Below, in pieces: positions 62,637 through 64,000 of a DNA stretch of 64,000 nt; position 1 is the first letter of the stretch; each line of letters opens with the position of its first letter. Location of the stretch: positions 1,367 through 65,366 of the IMG/VR virus record IMGVR_UViG_3300022666_000141; one strand, given 5' to 3'. The translations under genes and the position numbers were made by a program. The DNA is from a virus (Duplodnaviria > Caudoviricetes). The notes beneath the pieces were generated by a model. It saw nothing but the letters and a program-made list of their open reading frames with translations. It had not been told where the DNA came from and did no database searches.

Positions 62637-62872
62637 GTGATTTGAAACAGAAGTTGATGAGCATGAAAGAAAAAATTGACTCGGCCAAGGCCAAGGCAGA
62701 CCAACTGACAGGGGCTGTTAACCAATTGACCAAACAACTGAAGGACCAGTTCAATGTCGACTTGGAGGGCGCTGAGGCTCTTGCCGAGCAATTAGAATCG
62801 GATATCAGCGAACTTGAACAGGACATCGCCAAAAAGATCAAAGAATTGGAAAATGCGTATGACTGGTCTTAG
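62633..62872 (+). CDS. Small coiled-coil protein
   Basis: Heptad pattern throughout; between sbcD and the C-half of sbcC. Confidence 0.65.
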   Translation: MSDLKQKLMSMKEKIDSAKAKADQLTGAVNQLTKQLKDQFNVDLEGAEALAEQLESDISELEQDIAKKIKELENAYDWS

Positions 62873-63080
62873 TCGTAAAGAACAAGTCCACATTGCCACG
62901 CTCCAGCGCCGAGTGCACCACCTGCACGAAAGGATAAAGTCCGCACCGGTTGGTCGATGCATGGACTGGGACCGCCGGGAGTTGAGTGCTCTTAGGTGGA
63001 TTATTGAGAGGTTATATGGAATTCAGGAAAGAATTGGAACGGAAAAAAGGTCGAAGAGACCAGATTCTGAAAAACCTTGA
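62859..63080 (+). CDS. Small hypothetical protein
   Basis: Overlaps both neighbours; basic. Confidence 0.45.
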   Translation: MTGLSRKEQVHIATLQRRVHHLHERIKSAPVGRCMDWDRRELSALRWIIERLYGIQERIGTEKRSKRPDSEKP

Positions 63081-63612
63081 AATATGCGAGCAGGATTTGA
63101 AAAAATGGCGACGCCAAGCGATGTACGGGGAGGAGGCCCAACTCATCATTCAAACGGTCGCCCAGCAAACGCAAGAACAACTCAATTACCACATATCGGA
63201 ATTAGTGACGTTGGCGTTAGCGTCTGTATTTGAAGACCCGTATGAATTCAAACCTGAATTTGTACAACGCAGGGGTCGGACAGAATGCGACTTGTGGTTC
63301 GTCAGGGATGGGGTTCGCATTGACCCGATGAGTGCTAGTGGAGGAGGGGCTGTTGATGTTGCCGCCTTCGCCCTGCAAGTTGCTATGTGGAGTTTAAGAA
63401 GACCACACACAAGAAATGTCCTGATACTTGATGAGCCGCTGAAATGGCTGAAGGGAGGGGACTTACCAGAAAAAGGTGCACTCATGATAAAAGAAATTAG
63501 CAACCGCCTCAACCTACAAATAATCATGGTATCACACATCCCTGACCAGATCGAGGGTTCTGACAAAATTATTAACGTGAAACTGAAACAAGGGAAAAGT
63601 ATTGTACAATGA
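63016..63612 (+). CDS. SbcC/Rad50 C-terminal half (signature, Walker B, H-loop)
   Basis: SASGGG, LILDEP, MVSH. Confidence 0.85.
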   Translation: MEFRKELERKKGRRDQILKNLEICEQDLKKWRRQAMYGEEAQLIIQTVAQQTQEQLNYHISELVTLALASVFEDPYEFKPEFVQRRGRTECDLWFVRDGVRIDPMSASGGGAVDVAAFALQVAMWSLRRPHTRNVLILDEPLKWLKGGDLPEKGALMIKEISNRLNLQIIMVSHIPDQIEGSDKIINVKLKQGKSIVQ

Positions 63613-63929
63613 AGCGCTATTTTCTTTACCACCTTAGATGGCAAGCATCGGCACTGGTTATGCAAGTCCCATTATTTATGTTCCAAAATATCAGCACCAA
63701 CCAGTATATGAACCTCCAACTTGTTCAATTCGTCGGGGCCGTAGTGTTCTGGCAGATTGACAAGTGGATATTTCAAAACAAAGAGGATGTTTCCTCGGCA
63801 AGGAGTGACTATGGAAGATGTGAGAATTCGGCAGATACGAATCAAACGGTCGTACCCTCTAAACACAAAAATAGAAGAAAAGGCGAGGGACGCAGAAGAA
63901 TTCCACGGGTGGACGGTTTTTCTGAATAA
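63609..63929 (+). CDS. Small membrane-associated hypothetical protein
   Basis: LYHLRWQ.S..V...QFVGAVVFW.IDKWIF; ATGA-coupled. Confidence 0.55.
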   Translation: MKRYFLYHLRWQASALVMQVPLFMFQNISTNQYMNLQLVQFVGAVVFWQIDKWIFQNKEDVSSARSDYGRCENSADTNQTVVPSKHKNRRKGEGRRRIPRVDGFSE

Positions 63930-64000
63930 CAGGCATAACATAGCACATGTCATGCACCATGAAGATTCGGACGGGTACTATCGATTGAAATGCCGGTCTA

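Noticed and set aside
1-64000. tRNA genes, integrase/repressor, stop-codon reassignment
   Set aside because: No cloverleaf or integrase motif recognised, and conserved genes read through intact in the standard code. The window may not be the whole genome, so absence is not proven.

Overview
A 64-kb fragment of a tailed dsDNA phage genome (siphovirus-type: tail tube and 1057-aa tape measure, no sheath; no integrase, tRNA or CRISPR array recognised). It has two divergent arms. The minus-strand arm (1-33586) carries terS/terL, a DUF1073 portal, MuF, a DUF2213 protease, scaffold, decoration protein, HK97-fold capsid, neck, tail and lysis genes. The plus-strand arm (34205-64000) carries early genes, a SNF2 helicase, primase, initiator, DnaB-like helicase, a 7-deazaguanine DNA-modification cluster (queD, queE, PRTase-folE, radical SAM, queC, HAD, dpdA), a beta-clamp, a split UDG-exo/PolA polymerase, a clamp loader, and UvsY/SSB/RecA/RuvC and split SbcCD recombination genes. 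The top candidate for a new system is a virion O-glycosylation module. About seven glycosyltransferase-like genes sit inside the morphogenesis arm, one resembling eukaryotic polypeptide GalNAc-transferases and fused to a CmcI-type O-methyltransferase, plus a radical SAM enzyme. They lie next to a 725-aa protein made of a lectin-like head, a ~450-aa SxSx serine stalk and a short C-terminal anchor, like bacterial serine-rich-repeat adhesins. A second Ser-rich tract is inserted in the tail-tip protein. Other points of interest are an extra radical SAM, PRTase and HAD in the deazaguanine cluster, a PolA with atypical motifs split by a small AEP-like gene, a tandem-duplicated tail-hub module, and a MuF-peptidase fusion. 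All family assignments come from motif recognition by eye; no database searches were run.
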